From IMG/VR virus record IMGVR_UViG_3300030090_002105, positions 1 to 57,199 of that record: a stretch of 57,199 bases of DNA; one strand, written 5' to 3'. Source of the DNA: a virus (Duplodnaviria; Caudoviricetes). Of the stretch, positions 37,201-46,126 are shown in pieces (the first letter of the stretch is position 1; each line of letters opens with the position of its first letter). Made by a program: the position numbers and the translations under genes. The notes under the pieces were generated by a model. The model was given only the letters and a program-made list of their open reading frames with translations, was not told the DNA's origin and ran no database searches.

Positions 37201-40200
37201 TAGCTCACCCATGTCTTCCATGTATGCATCGAAGTCAGGGTATATTGTTAAGTCTAGTGTACCCGGTATTTTTCCAGTTTCTGTTGCGTCTGGTGCAGTC
37301 TCAGTGGGAGTATCTGGTACGGGAGGGGTAGCATCTGCTTGTGTAGGAGTCTTGTTACCGTATGGATTCATGGTGGTTCCAGGAACTGTAACCGGATCAA
37401 CACCTGCCTCAAGAGCTTCAATATTTTTCTTAGCTTGGTCTCTTTTTCTTATCCATCCAGGCAAAGGATTACGTGGGTTTGAATCATCATATATTCTTCT
37501 CGATTCTAAATCAATTCCCCTCTCCCTTAGACCTCTCTCCATCTGATTTATTCTTAGCTCCATCTCCTCTAGCAAAAGCTTTTCATGCTCAAGATTTTTT
37601 CCCTCAATCAATTCTGATAGTTCTGGAGAGTCAGTCTCTAAAGCATCATCAATTGCCTCTCGCTTTTTTTCAAGCTCTTTGATACGTTTATTCTCTTCAA
37701 GAATAATAGGGTCTGGGTCTTTGATTACTACATTTGAAATATCAGGAACTTTTGCTTGTGTAGTGGGTGCTTCTTCAGGGGCGGGAGGAGTAGCGTCTGC
37801 TTGGTTAGGATCAGGCGCTGCTTCAGGTGGAGCGTCAGGGGTAGTGGCAGCTTTATCAGGAGCAGCATCCTTTTGAGTAGTCTGATCCCCTTCAGGTTTA
37901 AGGGTAGGTAGGCCTCTTTCTTTAAGAATAGCATTAGCCTTTTCAAGTGGGACCGCTTTCCTATAAGCGTTGGCAGCAGCTGTGCCTCCTATGCGAGAAT
38001 TTTTTATTCGTGCTATTTCACTCTGCCTTCTAGAAGCAAATTCTTGAGCGCTTATTTGCCCATAGAAAAATGCATCATATGTTTCGCCAGCCATCTCTAT
38101 AGCTTGTTCTTTAAGCTCAGCAGCCTGTTCTTTTTCAAGCTTCTTACGCTCATCAATCCTTCTTTGAGCCTCAAAGTTTAATCTAGCTTCTCTATCCTGT
38201 CTTTGTTTTGCTGCCTCCCTCTGAGCCTGTAATCTAGCTGCTCGTGAAGAGTATACCCTTCTCCTTGTTGCCCCACCTTCCCTGAGAACCCTTGTCCTAG
38301 CTTCTTCACCAGCTATAGAGGCTTGACCATGATCACCACCAGTCTCTAAAACAACTTCATTGTATGCTTCGTTATAAGCTGTTGATGCCTCATCTTCTAA
38401 CTCTCTACTTGCCTTAGCAAACTTAGCTTCTTCAATATCTGCGGCAGTAATAAGAACATCACCATCAACCAAAACATTCTCGCCATCACCAATAACTGTA
38501 TTGATAACAGGTCTGTTCATTACTTGAGGGCCTTTATCTCTAGCCTTTATTTCTTCTCTTAGCGCAGCAAAACTTCTACGAGGCCTACCCTGTGGGCCAG
38601 CACCGGTTTGATCTGGCGCTGAATCTAATACAACAGAGGGGTCTGCAAAAACTTCTGGTTTAATTGTATCCTGAATAACGGAAGGGTCTTGAGATGGAGA
38701 TCCAAATATTGGAACATCAATATCAGCAGGACCTCCAGTTACAGGAGTAATCACCCTTCCTGCAGAATCTCTTTGTCCTTCGCCTGATTGAGTTCCTCGG
38801 TCTGCTCTATCTTTTATTATAGGCAAGGAGCCTGATTGAGTACCGGAACCAGGAAAGCCTGGTTCTTCTCTAGGGTTAAGAACAGGGCCTCCACCTCGCT
38901 GTACATTAGGATCAACTGTTGTTGGAAGAGTTGGTTCTACTCTTCCTTGTGTTCCTATCGGCGCAACTGGAGTGTCAGGCATTACATCAGCCTGTGTTGG
39001 GCCTGACGGTTCTTGAGCTAGTCGAGCCTCAATCTGTTCTTGAGTTGCAGATGGACCCCTTTGTGTTCCTACTGGAAGAACTTCATCTGGTTGCTGTTGT
39101 CGCTCAGCTTCTGCTGTGCGTGGGTCTTCAGCCATTATCTGGGCTAAAGTTTTTTCTTCTTCTGGTACGGCTTCTGCTTCTGCTTCAGCTTCTTGTTCTT
39201 TTATAGGAACAATTTTATTTATAGCTGCTTCAGAATCAGCTCCCCATATCTTAGCTTTCTTTTTATTTGCTTCTACTCTTAGCTCAGATATTTCTTTTCT
39301 AATATCATTAGATCTTTTTTGAATTTTAAAATCTCTTGGTTGCTCAGCAAGACTTGTTCTTTCTGCCTCAAGTTCTGCAATTTTTAATTCAAGTTCAGAA
39401 TCAACTTGAGCAACAGCCTCTTCCTTTCGGCCAATAATTTTACGAGCAGAGCTTCTGCCGAATCCTGATGTTGATGCGCCAGCGCCAAATCCTAAGAATC
39501 CACCAGCCCAAGCAGCTTCTTGAAATTGAGCAATTTGTTCTTCTGAAAAATCAAACGGGTCTTTACCTTCTTGAGCATTAATAGTAGCAGCCTGAAGAAC
39601 TTCTTGCATACCTTCAGTTCCGGCTTCAGTGAAACTGCTCTGAAGACCAACTTTTACCGCTCTACTCCACCACTTATTTTTTGCTAAGTTCTTTGCTGCT
39701 GCTGCTTTAACTTTTTCCCTTATTGATCTATTTACAAATGCTCCACCAATCTTTCCTGGAACAGCTGCGTCAAGCCCTGCCATAAGAAGAGAGGCTCCAA
39801 GAACAAGACCTTTGTCTACATTTTCCTTGCCTACTGCGTCAACAGATTCTGCAAATGTATCTCCTGCATTCAAAGCAAATGATGCAATACCAGCTCCAGA
39901 TAAAGCTGCTAGAGTTCCGCCACCGGTTAAGGCTGTTGCTCCAGCAGCAGCAAGCGCTGATGTAATCAAAGTTGCGCCATCAATAACCAACAAATCTAGA
40001 AAATATTTAGATAAATCATTCCCTTTCTCACGAGCTTTTTCAAATGTTAATCTATCATACTGCTCTAACTGTGCTTTGTTCTTAGCTCTTACAGCTCCCC
40101 AATAAGCTGAAAGATTATCAAAGCCTGCCCCTTCAGATAAAAACTCTAAAGAAGCTCCAAGAAGGTACTGCATTTGATCAGCCGAAGCACCAAATCTACC

Positions 40201-40326
40201 AGGCTCTTCTTCTACTGGTTGATCTACACTTTGATTAGATATAAACGCCGAACCAAATGGTCCTGACCGAGCTCTACCAATAAGGCCTTGTGTATTATTA
40301 TTTACAACATCTGAATTTGATGCCAT
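31225..40326 (-). CDS. Giant internal virion/polyvalent protein (ParB-like, zincin-like and ADP-ribosyltransferase-like domains)
   Basis: 3033 aa at the end of the internal-protein cluster; GHEGRGR, HEIGAH...EEVLA and VYHGS...NPF...LGYDSI...DQFK motifs. Confidence 0.75.
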   Translation of the reverse strand: MASNSDVVNNNTQGLIGRARSGPFGSAFISNQSVDQPVEEEPGRFGASADQMQYLLGASLEFLSEGAGFDNLSAYWGAVRAKNKAQLEQYDRLTFEKAREKGNDLSKYFLDLLVIDGATLITSALAAAGATALTGGGTLAALSGAGIASFALNAGDTFAESVDAVGKENVDKGLVLGASLLMAGLDAAVPGKIGGAFVNRSIREKVKAAAAKNLAKNKWWSRAVKVGLQSSFTEAGTEGMQEVLQAATINAQEGKDPFDFSEEQIAQFQEAAWAGGFLGFGAGASTSGFGRSSARKIIGRKEEAVAQVDSELELKIAELEAERTSLAEQPRDFKIQKRSNDIRKEISELRVEANKKKAKIWGADSEAAINKIVPIKEQEAEAEAEAVPEEEKTLAQIMAEDPRTAEAERQQQPDEVLPVGTQRGPSATQEQIEARLAQEPSGPTQADVMPDTPVAPIGTQGRVEPTLPTTVDPNVQRGGGPVLNPREEPGFPGSGTQSGSLPIIKDRADRGTQSGEGQRDSAGRVITPVTGGPADIDVPIFGSPSQDPSVIQDTIKPEVFADPSVVLDSAPDQTGAGPQGRPRRSFAALREEIKARDKGPQVMNRPVINTVIGDGENVLVDGDVLITAADIEEAKFAKASRELEDEASTAYNEAYNEVVLETGGDHGQASIAGEEARTRVLREGGATRRRVYSSRAARLQAQREAAKQRQDREARLNFEAQRRIDERKKLEKEQAAELKEQAIEMAGETYDAFFYGQISAQEFASRRQSEIARIKNSRIGGTAAANAYRKAVPLEKANAILKERGLPTLKPEGDQTTQKDAAPDKAATTPDAPPEAAPDPNQADATPPAPEEAPTTQAKVPDISNVVIKDPDPIILEENKRIKELEKKREAIDDALETDSPELSELIEGKNLEHEKLLLEEMELRINQMERGLRERGIDLESRRIYDDSNPRNPLPGWIRKRDQAKKNIEALEAGVDPVTVPGTTMNPYGNKTPTQADATPPVPDTPTETAPDATETGKIPGTLDLTIYPDFDAYMEDMGELGFSPVELQEQGLPYDEESFAAAQETVVPDAAKGAEAAPATTPQGEVVFTRDVEKNKEEPAGLVPNQRDSTDRNYPVYEESKGIVVTMTLDEFISLNPSRDAKPEGSDSLDFLRNLAEEGGTFAPPFIDVEITDNGLKVVGHEGRGRALVAKELGTTGEIEVDVFFKKGDRVKDFDKSKGKDSIISDARTGSEEVIIPLRRVNYNKDQSGSANKPRDKATTPPDIAVTDVDEDQTQDQQIADMIAREQATVARETADQEADAEFQAGTDDTGPTVEDVDQGVDTPVVDTTTVTPDMTQAELVDDAVVSDEDTFETVIPKATTTRIELDKYESSVPNPQGVEAIVYEDPENPDSFIVESEGTVIRREPNKQDAVLYADKMSEFVANREKKKARNAFVPRPEGKTYTGEFLKGLGRGTRALLAGTGKKGDSFRLSLDKNKQKIAENNDIPYDENTTEEDLYDALYAKYIAPKEEAAPTELVEPVDVAGEVQEEAERIVASDYGIFGNKINRAYPEPIDEYSSDEEADAIIAASEAKQEFAETDDPSALIELTWDDGDAEIRAEAAAEAEETARRTAENRAVKLTPEYWTEMLDTNTALKDISKTKSQGGFEISELRTIADNILKADPSFVYNKKGTRKEIEAAIKSYIIKDVEPVEDNSPYIDTVDDDTGIISTEYKESRIDSDSVEQEPFLSGEVLFSKDEVASSIRQELKKIFGVRATNEMFSTGFVKILSRKQAAAEHNKSKREFKDTAAFVHNASVTFIPENIVKDNVTPDMIRGLIWHEIGAHVGRSMLSSNEFSAIIKEVRRLHKQGDMYVLSAFDAVASNYKDIYKDFAKPVSADLMGYGKIIYGFRTKDGKNPIEVIGEDNIFWEEVLAHMLEYKGQELDLQRASLMKRVKDAFKKFFIRIFKAYDVDSIPDVTVDDIFNTMAGVVIERMPTLIQRAKMFDASREKAIDDVVEKYIEPKQYLSAADGYLADAQTKARNEFIEDSLVKGTVYHGSEKNWSAPILEFTEMGLHVGTMKAALKIVDGKSEKLTEGYIKVTNPFTGVDDIGHWAGPKAWRNELNKMMRDGNISDKDYKVLFSVANEWTQKLEPFTGSREIYDGFVKFSSEYRDALKSLGYDSIQYVNKSEDPGNLSYILLSEDQFKASSSFTFTSGVNAIKDARIASESPSKNLPIMKKINDASKEQGFNTRKAQGKITQAIKTLQRAVEPLMTLEGYDELETQRMLTKGEIGKWHNQGRVIFDVIFQATPQEKKEIIKYFETRDASPDKLPNRKVNVAKLPTVLSGTKGTGRLSEEKSIRDSVVEAKKQIEKLGSDLVAAGLITQDQYSQWRGKYLPRVYFEYLEKGDRIPMGIGTSQMNYTKVRSAHENFLKDVVDGRIEDPAFLAGRYVSMAGADLATINYLSFLAADTGNNGWVLPNQIVKYDNIEGTVGFWNEKVSAIMRNAAKERGLNNNEKAISYEKIANEIQKEIDKVTANKIVADSKKYKQVPNNPRYGAMRGLYVRKEIINDVIGSEQLYTNNEFLNGALAYSAKAQKVFKYTKVPMNIPTQARNIISNIVLMDVSGTNFLKIPGLISRAIADIASDGKYAQLARKYGIESTTFTSEELVNIDAQFNKIKAKEDSWSGMWARSKVFFNDYVDVFGRTYQKTEVMFKVAKMIDFMENHGKSESEAARLANEALLDYSNVSQAVRVIRTMPLGSPFITFNLKAASQMVRNMKNHPIAVAKYAAIPYVVAQMLLENNSELEEDDIPEMKKLVADYMEKNATSLILPWKDQDGRIRVFDMGYFLPWGAHINMMKNLYQGEFGEAAAAPGFFGGWMGAPIGMLTNVDPFTKQEITNDADPPMQQYQDMTAFLLSYMMPPMFMPRNKSGDVIGNGGQLIKTMMAVDFMDGNVDADGLPKYSVPESLISWAGFNFSKLSDETAQRKIYFKSLEVNKTFSRLKKLLKDPNISEEQRQRLISEYTANALRIQTELQEMQNAYAKVKDVL

Positions 40327-40327
40327 A

Positions 40328-41803
40328 CTATTGACCCATTATTCCCTGTAATGATTCTGTTCCTTCCTGAATTAAACCTTTTGTCATTGTGTTAAATTGT
40401 AACAATAAAGAACGGAACTCTTCTCCTGACATTCTAGCCTTGTTTTCAAACTCATCAACAATATCTCCTTCTTTTGTTTCTCTAGTTGGTGGCAATCCTC
40501 TCCAAATGTTTGCAAGTCTTTTTTGAAATACATCTACACTAATCTTATCATCAACAAACTGTTGTAAACCTGCATCATATATTCCTGCAATAAGTAAAGC
40601 ATCTTGAAATTGCGGTGTAAACATCTGTTCTTTAAGCTGATCCTCAGTCATGCCAAACCATTTTTCTGCGGTAGGCTTCATAAATTCTTTATATTTAAAC
40701 TGGCCAACACCAACAGCTGTGTTACCATGTTTATCAAGCACTTCTTTAACAGTGGATGTAGTAAGACCTCTGTCTCCATCTGTAGTATCCGCTACGGCGT
40801 TGTAACCCATAACATTAGATTCGACACCTTTAATAGCTGAAAATACATTAGATAGAATTGTAGATTTTCTTTCCTCAATCTCTGGAGAAGATACCTCAAT
40901 TTCTACTTTTGGTTTGCCTATTACAAAATCTCTAACTGTAGTCTTTCCTGCTGGCTCTCCAATTGGACCACCAACATCTTCAAAAAGAGACCTTCTGGTA
41001 GCTTCCGATCCAATACCAGTTTGTGGAATACCATTAACAGTTTCTGATCCTAATGGGGGCTCTGGATCAATGCCTCCTCCAAGAGTTTCTTCATCAGTGT
41101 CTTCTTTATCGTAACGCACTTCTGTATTAAGAGCACCTTTTCTTTTTTCTTCAGCGTCCTTAACAGTATTAACTCGTGCTTCCATTTCTGCATTAGTACG
41201 CCCTACATCTCCTTTCTTTAAACTTTTATACCAATCTATAATACCCTGAATTTTTTCTTCAGCATTGCCTAAAGCCTTTTCCAGTTCATCAGGGCTTCCT
41301 TTATATACTGCTCCGCGAGGGGTCGACTGAAAATCTTCATTACTTACATTAGACTTTAACCATTTCTGCAATTTCTTTGCAGCTTCCGATAAGTCATCTG
41401 TAGTAGCGCTAAAAAGTTCACCCACCGCATTAAAAAATCCACCTTCACTAGCTTCTTTTTCGCCAGCAGTCTCTTCCGCTTCAGCTCCAGATAACTTTAA
41501 TATAGAATTCCATGAATCAATAGGCAAAGCTTTGCCTTCCAAAATCGCCTGAACAAGAACAGCCTTACCCATTTGAAGTTCACTATCTAACTTAGAATCA
41601 ATAATTGCTCCGCTAAGCTTATCTCTATTATTTGTTATTGATGTATCTATGGTATCAAGTACAGTTTTGTACCTATCCATAAGAGATGTTTGTGCAGCAG
41701 TATCTTTTGCTTCAGCCATGTATTCTTCTTTAAGAAGAACAGCTGAATAATCTTTAAATGATCCTCCAGCAGAAATTAAACCTGCGCTTAAGTTAATTGC
41801 CAT
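40328..41803 (-). CDS. Internal virion protein with C-terminal lysozyme-like (lambda R/GH104-type) domain
   Basis: IKGVES..GYNA...LTTSTVKEVL...AVGVGQF...FTPQFQD...LANIWRGLP. Confidence 0.7.
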   Translation of the reverse strand: MAINLSAGLISAGGSFKDYSAVLLKEEYMAEAKDTAAQTSLMDRYKTVLDTIDTSITNNRDKLSGAIIDSKLDSELQMGKAVLVQAILEGKALPIDSWNSILKLSGAEAEETAGEKEASEGGFFNAVGELFSATTDDLSEAAKKLQKWLKSNVSNEDFQSTPRGAVYKGSPDELEKALGNAEEKIQGIIDWYKSLKKGDVGRTNAEMEARVNTVKDAEEKRKGALNTEVRYDKEDTDEETLGGGIDPEPPLGSETVNGIPQTGIGSEATRRSLFEDVGGPIGEPAGKTTVRDFVIGKPKVEIEVSSPEIEERKSTILSNVFSAIKGVESNVMGYNAVADTTDGDRGLTTSTVKEVLDKHGNTAVGVGQFKYKEFMKPTAEKWFGMTEDQLKEQMFTPQFQDALLIAGIYDAGLQQFVDDKISVDVFQKRLANIWRGLPPTRETKEGDIVDEFENKARMSGEEFRSLLLQFNTMTKGLIQEGTESLQGIMGQ

Positions 41804-42356
41804 ATGGCACCTCCTGGGGAGCTAAGACTCCAGTTGGCTGCTCTCCCTGTTGAGGGCTTGAGTTTACTAAGTTAGTAAACATCTGCATTATAGATTCGCC
41901 AGTAAACTGTGGATCATCAGACTCTATTGCAGCGGCAATTGCATAAGTGAGAGCTTCACCCATAAACATCTGTTCACTTTTTTCATCTGGTAAATCTACT
42001 ATATTTTCATACATAAGCAAATCTGTTAGCTCATGAACAACCTCTTCCATGATAGCTACTTCCATATCCCTAGATACTTCTTTACCATCTTCTTCTTCAA
42101 GAGCTATCTCATTAGTTACTAGGTTTCCAGCTATCTCTCCAAGCATCTGAGGGCTACCATTGCCAGCACGTTCTAAAATATCTGGAGCTCCATCAGAATA
42201 AATATATCTTACAATATTTTCTACAATGCCTTTAGACTGAGCAACTTCTTCTTCTGATAAATTTTCTATACCTAAATTAGCCATCTCCTGCTGCTCTTCA
42301 GGCATTGTTGATTTTCCACTTGGTATAGGCATTGGCCTTGCTTGTTCTTTCATCAT
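41793..42356 (-). CDS. Acidic hypothetical protein (virion module)
   Basis: 187 aa, packed. Confidence 0.6.
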   Translation of the reverse strand: MMKEQARPMPIPSGKSTMPEEQQEMANLGIENLSEEEVAQSKGIVENIVRYIYSDGAPDILERAGNGSPQMLGEIAGNLVTNEIALEEEDGKEVSRDMEVAIMEEVVHELTDLLMYENIVDLPDEKSEQMFMGEALTYAIAAAIESDDPQFTGESIMQMFTNLVNSSPQQGEQPTGVLAPQEVPYGN

Positions 42357-42367
42357 AATAATTTACC

Positions 42368-43069
42368 TTAAGATAGCAATCCTCCAGTAGGTCGTTTAGG
42401 CATAAATCCTGGTCCAGTTGATGGGACACCAGCAGCTCCAGAAGTAATAGGATTTGAAAAACCCATAAATGTTCCTGACTGAGCAGCTACTCTATTCTTC
42501 ATTTGTAAATCAGCTTCTGCTGCACCTGCTTCTGCCTCAAGAGCTGCATAATTATAATCCATTTGGTCTTCATGCTTAGCTATATTAAAAGCTAATTGAT
42601 CTGCTGCACTTGTGTCAGTAGCTGCCCCAATAGCCTCAAGTATAGAGCCAATGGTAAATGCTGTTCCAGAACTCATATTAGTAACGGAATCAAATATACC
42701 GCTTAATCCAGTACCTCCTAGAAAAGAGCCTGTCGTTTCGGAAGAAGAGGAAAGAATTTTATCCTTTGTTAGGTCTAAATTTGGATACCCGCTTGATCCA
42801 GTAACTACATCTGTTGCGGTGTTAGCAGCCTTTTGACCAATACCAAAAAAATTGCCAAGGCCTGTTGTAACTTTGCCCACTCCTTTGCTTAGTCCTTGCA
42901 TAAATGTTGTTCCGGTTCCTCCTCCAAATCCACCAAAAGCAGACAATCCAGCAGCACCTAAAGCAGCAACAGCAACCGCTTTAAAAATTCCTTTGCTTTT
43001 GCTTTTTTTCTTTTGGGTTACTGCAAGACCTTCTGTACTTAATGCAGATGTTTTATATTTTCTAGTCAT
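42368..43069 (-). CDS. Putative internal virion/ejection protein
   Basis: Gly/Ala-rich with a hydrophobic segment, as in podovirus pilot proteins. Confidence 0.55.
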   Translation of the reverse strand: MTRKYKTSALSTEGLAVTQKKKSKSKGIFKAVAVAALGAAGLSAFGGFGGGTGTTFMQGLSKGVGKVTTGLGNFFGIGQKAANTATDVVTGSSGYPNLDLTKDKILSSSSETTGSFLGGTGLSGIFDSVTNMSSGTAFTIGSILEAIGAATDTSAADQLAFNIAKHEDQMDYNYAALEAEAGAAEADLQMKNRVAAQSGTFMGFSNPITSGAAGVPSTGPGFMPKRPTGGLLS

Positions 43070-43085
43070 TTTATATTATTCAATC

Positions 43086-44186
43086 CTATGTATTATCTGT
43101 AAACCAATTAGGAGTTACTGCTGCCATAGCAGCCTCAGCTGCATCTGCACCCATTCCTTCAGTAGTAACGATATTGCTACGAGCAGCAAGAACGGCTCTC
43201 CAGTTTGCTGCATTTTCCATAAGCTGCCTCATTGCTATGTCCATGCTCTGCTGTAGTTTCATAATAAATGACTGATAGTATGCTTGATTCTGTTGCTCCC
43301 TAAACTCATTGCTATAAGCTTGGTTTTGCATCCTCTGGTTCATGTATGCGCTTGCATCCCTTTCTGCAATAGGCATAGCCACGGAAAGAATAGCGTTCAT
43401 TACAGCTTCTTCAGCAATGGAACTATTTACCAAGCCGCGAGCAGCCATTGCTTGCATGGTCTTGGTTGTAGCAGCTTTAAATAAAGGACTATTTTTATTA
43501 ATAAGATTTGCAAGTCGAGTTTCTAAAAGTTCAGAATTAACCCCATCTGCTACAATTTCGTCAAGCATAGGTTTCTGTAGTTGAGAGCGATCAATTGTAA
43601 CAGAATCTGATGAAGTGCTTGATGCTTTTGAAACAGCTGGAGCGGGATCTGGAGGAGGGTCTGAAGCTGGGGCTGGGGTAGAAGAAGATGTTGATAACCC
43701 GCCACCTCCACTGCTAGATGTTGGCGCTAACGTTGGTGCTGGAGTTGGTGTAGGTGTTGGTGTAGGTGTAGGTCTTGGTGTAGTAGATGATAACATTCCC
43801 CCCATTGATGGAAATCTTCTAATCTCATCAGGTCCGGAACCGTATTTTATAGGAGTTCTAGGAGCTCCCACATAACCAGCGCTAAGACCTTTTCCTATAT
43901 GAACATATTTTTCAGCACCACCTGCTCCTTCGCCTCCCCCTACTGTAAGAGCTTTAGTAAAACCAGCAGCCTTAAGAGCGTCTTCTTTAGCTCGTAATTC
44001 TTTTGCTCTACGCATATCATCACGATAGTCGCCGCCACCGCCGCCGTCAGGATCAAGCCTAGGAATTCCATAAGTCATCTTTTTATTAGGCGATCCTTTT
44101 ACAGCATCCCTTCGTCTAAGAAGCTTACGCTCTTCATCTGTTACATATGCAAGGCTTGTCTTGCCACTTTGTACTGGGATTTTCAT
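43086..44186 (-). CDS. Putative internal virion protein with PT-repeat linker
   Basis: (PT)n/(PA)n linker; ARGLVNSSIA..A......AMPIA..DA motif; Gln-rich helix. Confidence 0.6.
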   Translation of the reverse strand: MKIPVQSGKTSLAYVTDEERKLLRRRDAVKGSPNKKMTYGIPRLDPDGGGGGDYRDDMRRAKELRAKEDALKAAGFTKALTVGGGEGAGGAEKYVHIGKGLSAGYVGAPRTPIKYGSGPDEIRRFPSMGGMLSSTTPRPTPTPTPTPTPAPTLAPTSSSGGGGLSTSSSTPAPASDPPPDPAPAVSKASSTSSDSVTIDRSQLQKPMLDEIVADGVNSELLETRLANLINKNSPLFKAATTKTMQAMAARGLVNSSIAEEAVMNAILSVAMPIAERDASAYMNQRMQNQAYSNEFREQQNQAYYQSFIMKLQQSMDIAMRQLMENAANWRAVLAARSNIVTTEGMGADAAEAAMAAVTPNWFTDNT

Positions 44187-46126
44187 CGTCTAATACCTCT
44201 TAGGGAATAGTTCACAACCGCTCCTTGAAGAGTAATTGGTTTATCATAAATAGATTCGTTCTTAATAATAAGACCCATGTTAGTTCCTATGCCGTTTATT
44301 TTAACTCTTTCTGAAGCAACAACAGTAACACCAGTAGTATCACTAGATATATCATCTTCATTCCACTGATCTGCTGTAACATTAATAGTATATGATGAAG
44401 CGGCAGGAGAACTGCGAGGGCTATAAGTCCCTCCATAATCAAAGCTTGGCTGTATTGTTAACGTTGTTGCTGTGTCAGCATTAACCTCTAGATTAATATC
44501 TCTAAATCTTTTCTTTGATTGAGGAGAGCCATAGTTATAGTAAGAGGTTCTTATAAAAGATGGAACTGATAGCCCATCAAAACTTGTTCCAGAATCAATC
44601 TTTCTTACATACCCATCATCAAACCCACCATATATAACTTCAAATCCATTAGAATCTTCAGCTGAACATACAGAATATATCTGATGTTTAAGTGTAAATG
44701 GCATAATCCCTTGGTTCTGCCTATTTATGTAAGTCATAGTAATACCTGTTTTATCGTTAAAAAATAAACGGTATTGATTCTTAGCTCTAATTTTTACAGA
44801 AAGTATAGCCTTCTCTTTTTTCTTCTGCATATATGGATCAATAGAATCAGAAGCAACAGCAGACTGAAAATCACCAAACGCTTGTACAGTAAAGATAGAT
44901 GTAATCCCTCTATCATCCAAGAAGAATGTTTGATCCATCTTTTGAAGAGTGTACGGTATTGCTCCTGTTCCTTGATGGAATCTTTTAAGTGCCCAATCTG
45001 CAGCTGAAGACCCATACAACATAAACGTTTGATTTCTAGTAAATATAGACATTACATCGTTTATTTCAGTAGAGAATCCTGAAACTACGTCTCCAACCGA
45101 AAGTTCAGCAGCTCCAGTTATCGCGCTCCATTTATTTGGAGCTCCAATACTTGAATGCTGTATTGATCCATTCGGGTAAGAATAAAACAAATGTTTTGTG
45201 TGAGCTATAATATGCTCTGGAGTATCTGTGCTTGTACCAGTTTTAATTTTAATAAAAGTGGTGCCATCCCAAGAGAACCCATTATCTACAGTATTAACTC
45301 CATACATAGTAATACCTGTAGCATCTCCACGGAAGTTATAATTTATAAACTCATACTTGCCGTTTGGTGCAAGAGTTTGTTCATATGTAGTTCCGTCTGC
45401 AACAGCAACAGTAACAGATGTTGGTTCAGCCGCTCCATTTACTAAAGCCTTACTTGATCCAGATACATTTATATTCTCGTTATTTGTCCATGTTCCAGTA
45501 TTATTTTTTACTGAAATATATCCAGCTGCATCTGAACCAGCATACGATCCAGATGTAATAGTAACGCTAGTAACCTCTGCTGTATTGCCAGATAAAGCAC
45601 CTGTTATAGTATCTCCAACACTAATCTCTGATGTCCCTGCATCAAAAGCAAGTAACGGCATTTGAATATTTTCATCATCTTGGAATGTTCCTGTTATATT
45701 TCCCAAGACCATTGATCCAGCGGCGCCAGTTTCCCATAAACCATAATAAGATATACCTAGCAAATCAGCTTGAGCTCCGCTAGTAGCTCCTGTTAAAGTT
45801 GTTGGTGTTCCAGTTGATCCTGGAGTAGGCTCTCCATTTGTAGTGGTTCCATCAAAATTTAAAGCAGTACCAAGACTTACTTCAGACCATCCCGCGCTGG
45901 ATGACTTATACATTCCAGCAGAAGCTCCGCCAACTTTATTTCTAAAAGCATAAATATATCCATTGTAGACCCAAACACCAAGCACTGAGCCTTCTCCCGG
46001 AACAACTGTAATTATGCTTCTTTGGTCCTCTATAGCTGATCTAAGCTCAGTTACTAGAGATGCATCAGCATCAGCATCTCTTAAGACTGGTGGACCATAA
46101 GCAACTGATGTTGCATAAAGACCCAT
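44183..46126 (-). CDS. Tail nozzle/tail tubular protein B-like (main, C-terminal part)
   Basis: VPGEGSVLGVWVY...YAFR, HLF, QYRLFF, YNYGSPQSKKRFR; beta-propeller-like podovirus tail protein. Confidence 0.7.
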   Translation of the reverse strand: MGLYATSVAYGPPVLRDADADASLVTELRSAIEDQRSIITVVPGEGSVLGVWVYNGYIYAFRNKVGGASAGMYKSSSAGWSEVSLGTALNFDGTTTNGEPTPGSTGTPTTLTGATSGAQADLLGISYYGLWETGAAGSMVLGNITGTFQDDENIQMPLLAFDAGTSEISVGDTITGALSGNTAEVTSVTITSGSYAGSDAAGYISVKNNTGTWTNNENINVSGSSKALVNGAAEPTSVTVAVADGTTYEQTLAPNGKYEFINYNFRGDATGITMYGVNTVDNGFSWDGTTFIKIKTGTSTDTPEHIIAHTKHLFYSYPNGSIQHSSIGAPNKWSAITGAAELSVGDVVSGFSTEINDVMSIFTRNQTFMLYGSSAADWALKRFHQGTGAIPYTLQKMDQTFFLDDRGITSIFTVQAFGDFQSAVASDSIDPYMQKKKEKAILSVKIRAKNQYRLFFNDKTGITMTYINRQNQGIMPFTLKHQIYSVCSAEDSNGFEVIYGGFDDGYVRKIDSGTSFDGLSVPSFIRTSYYNYGSPQSKKRFRDINLEVNADTATTLTIQPSFDYGGTYSPRSSPAASSYTINVTADQWNEDDISSDTTGVTVVASERVKINGIGTNMGLIIKNESIYDKPITLQGAVVNYSLRGIRR

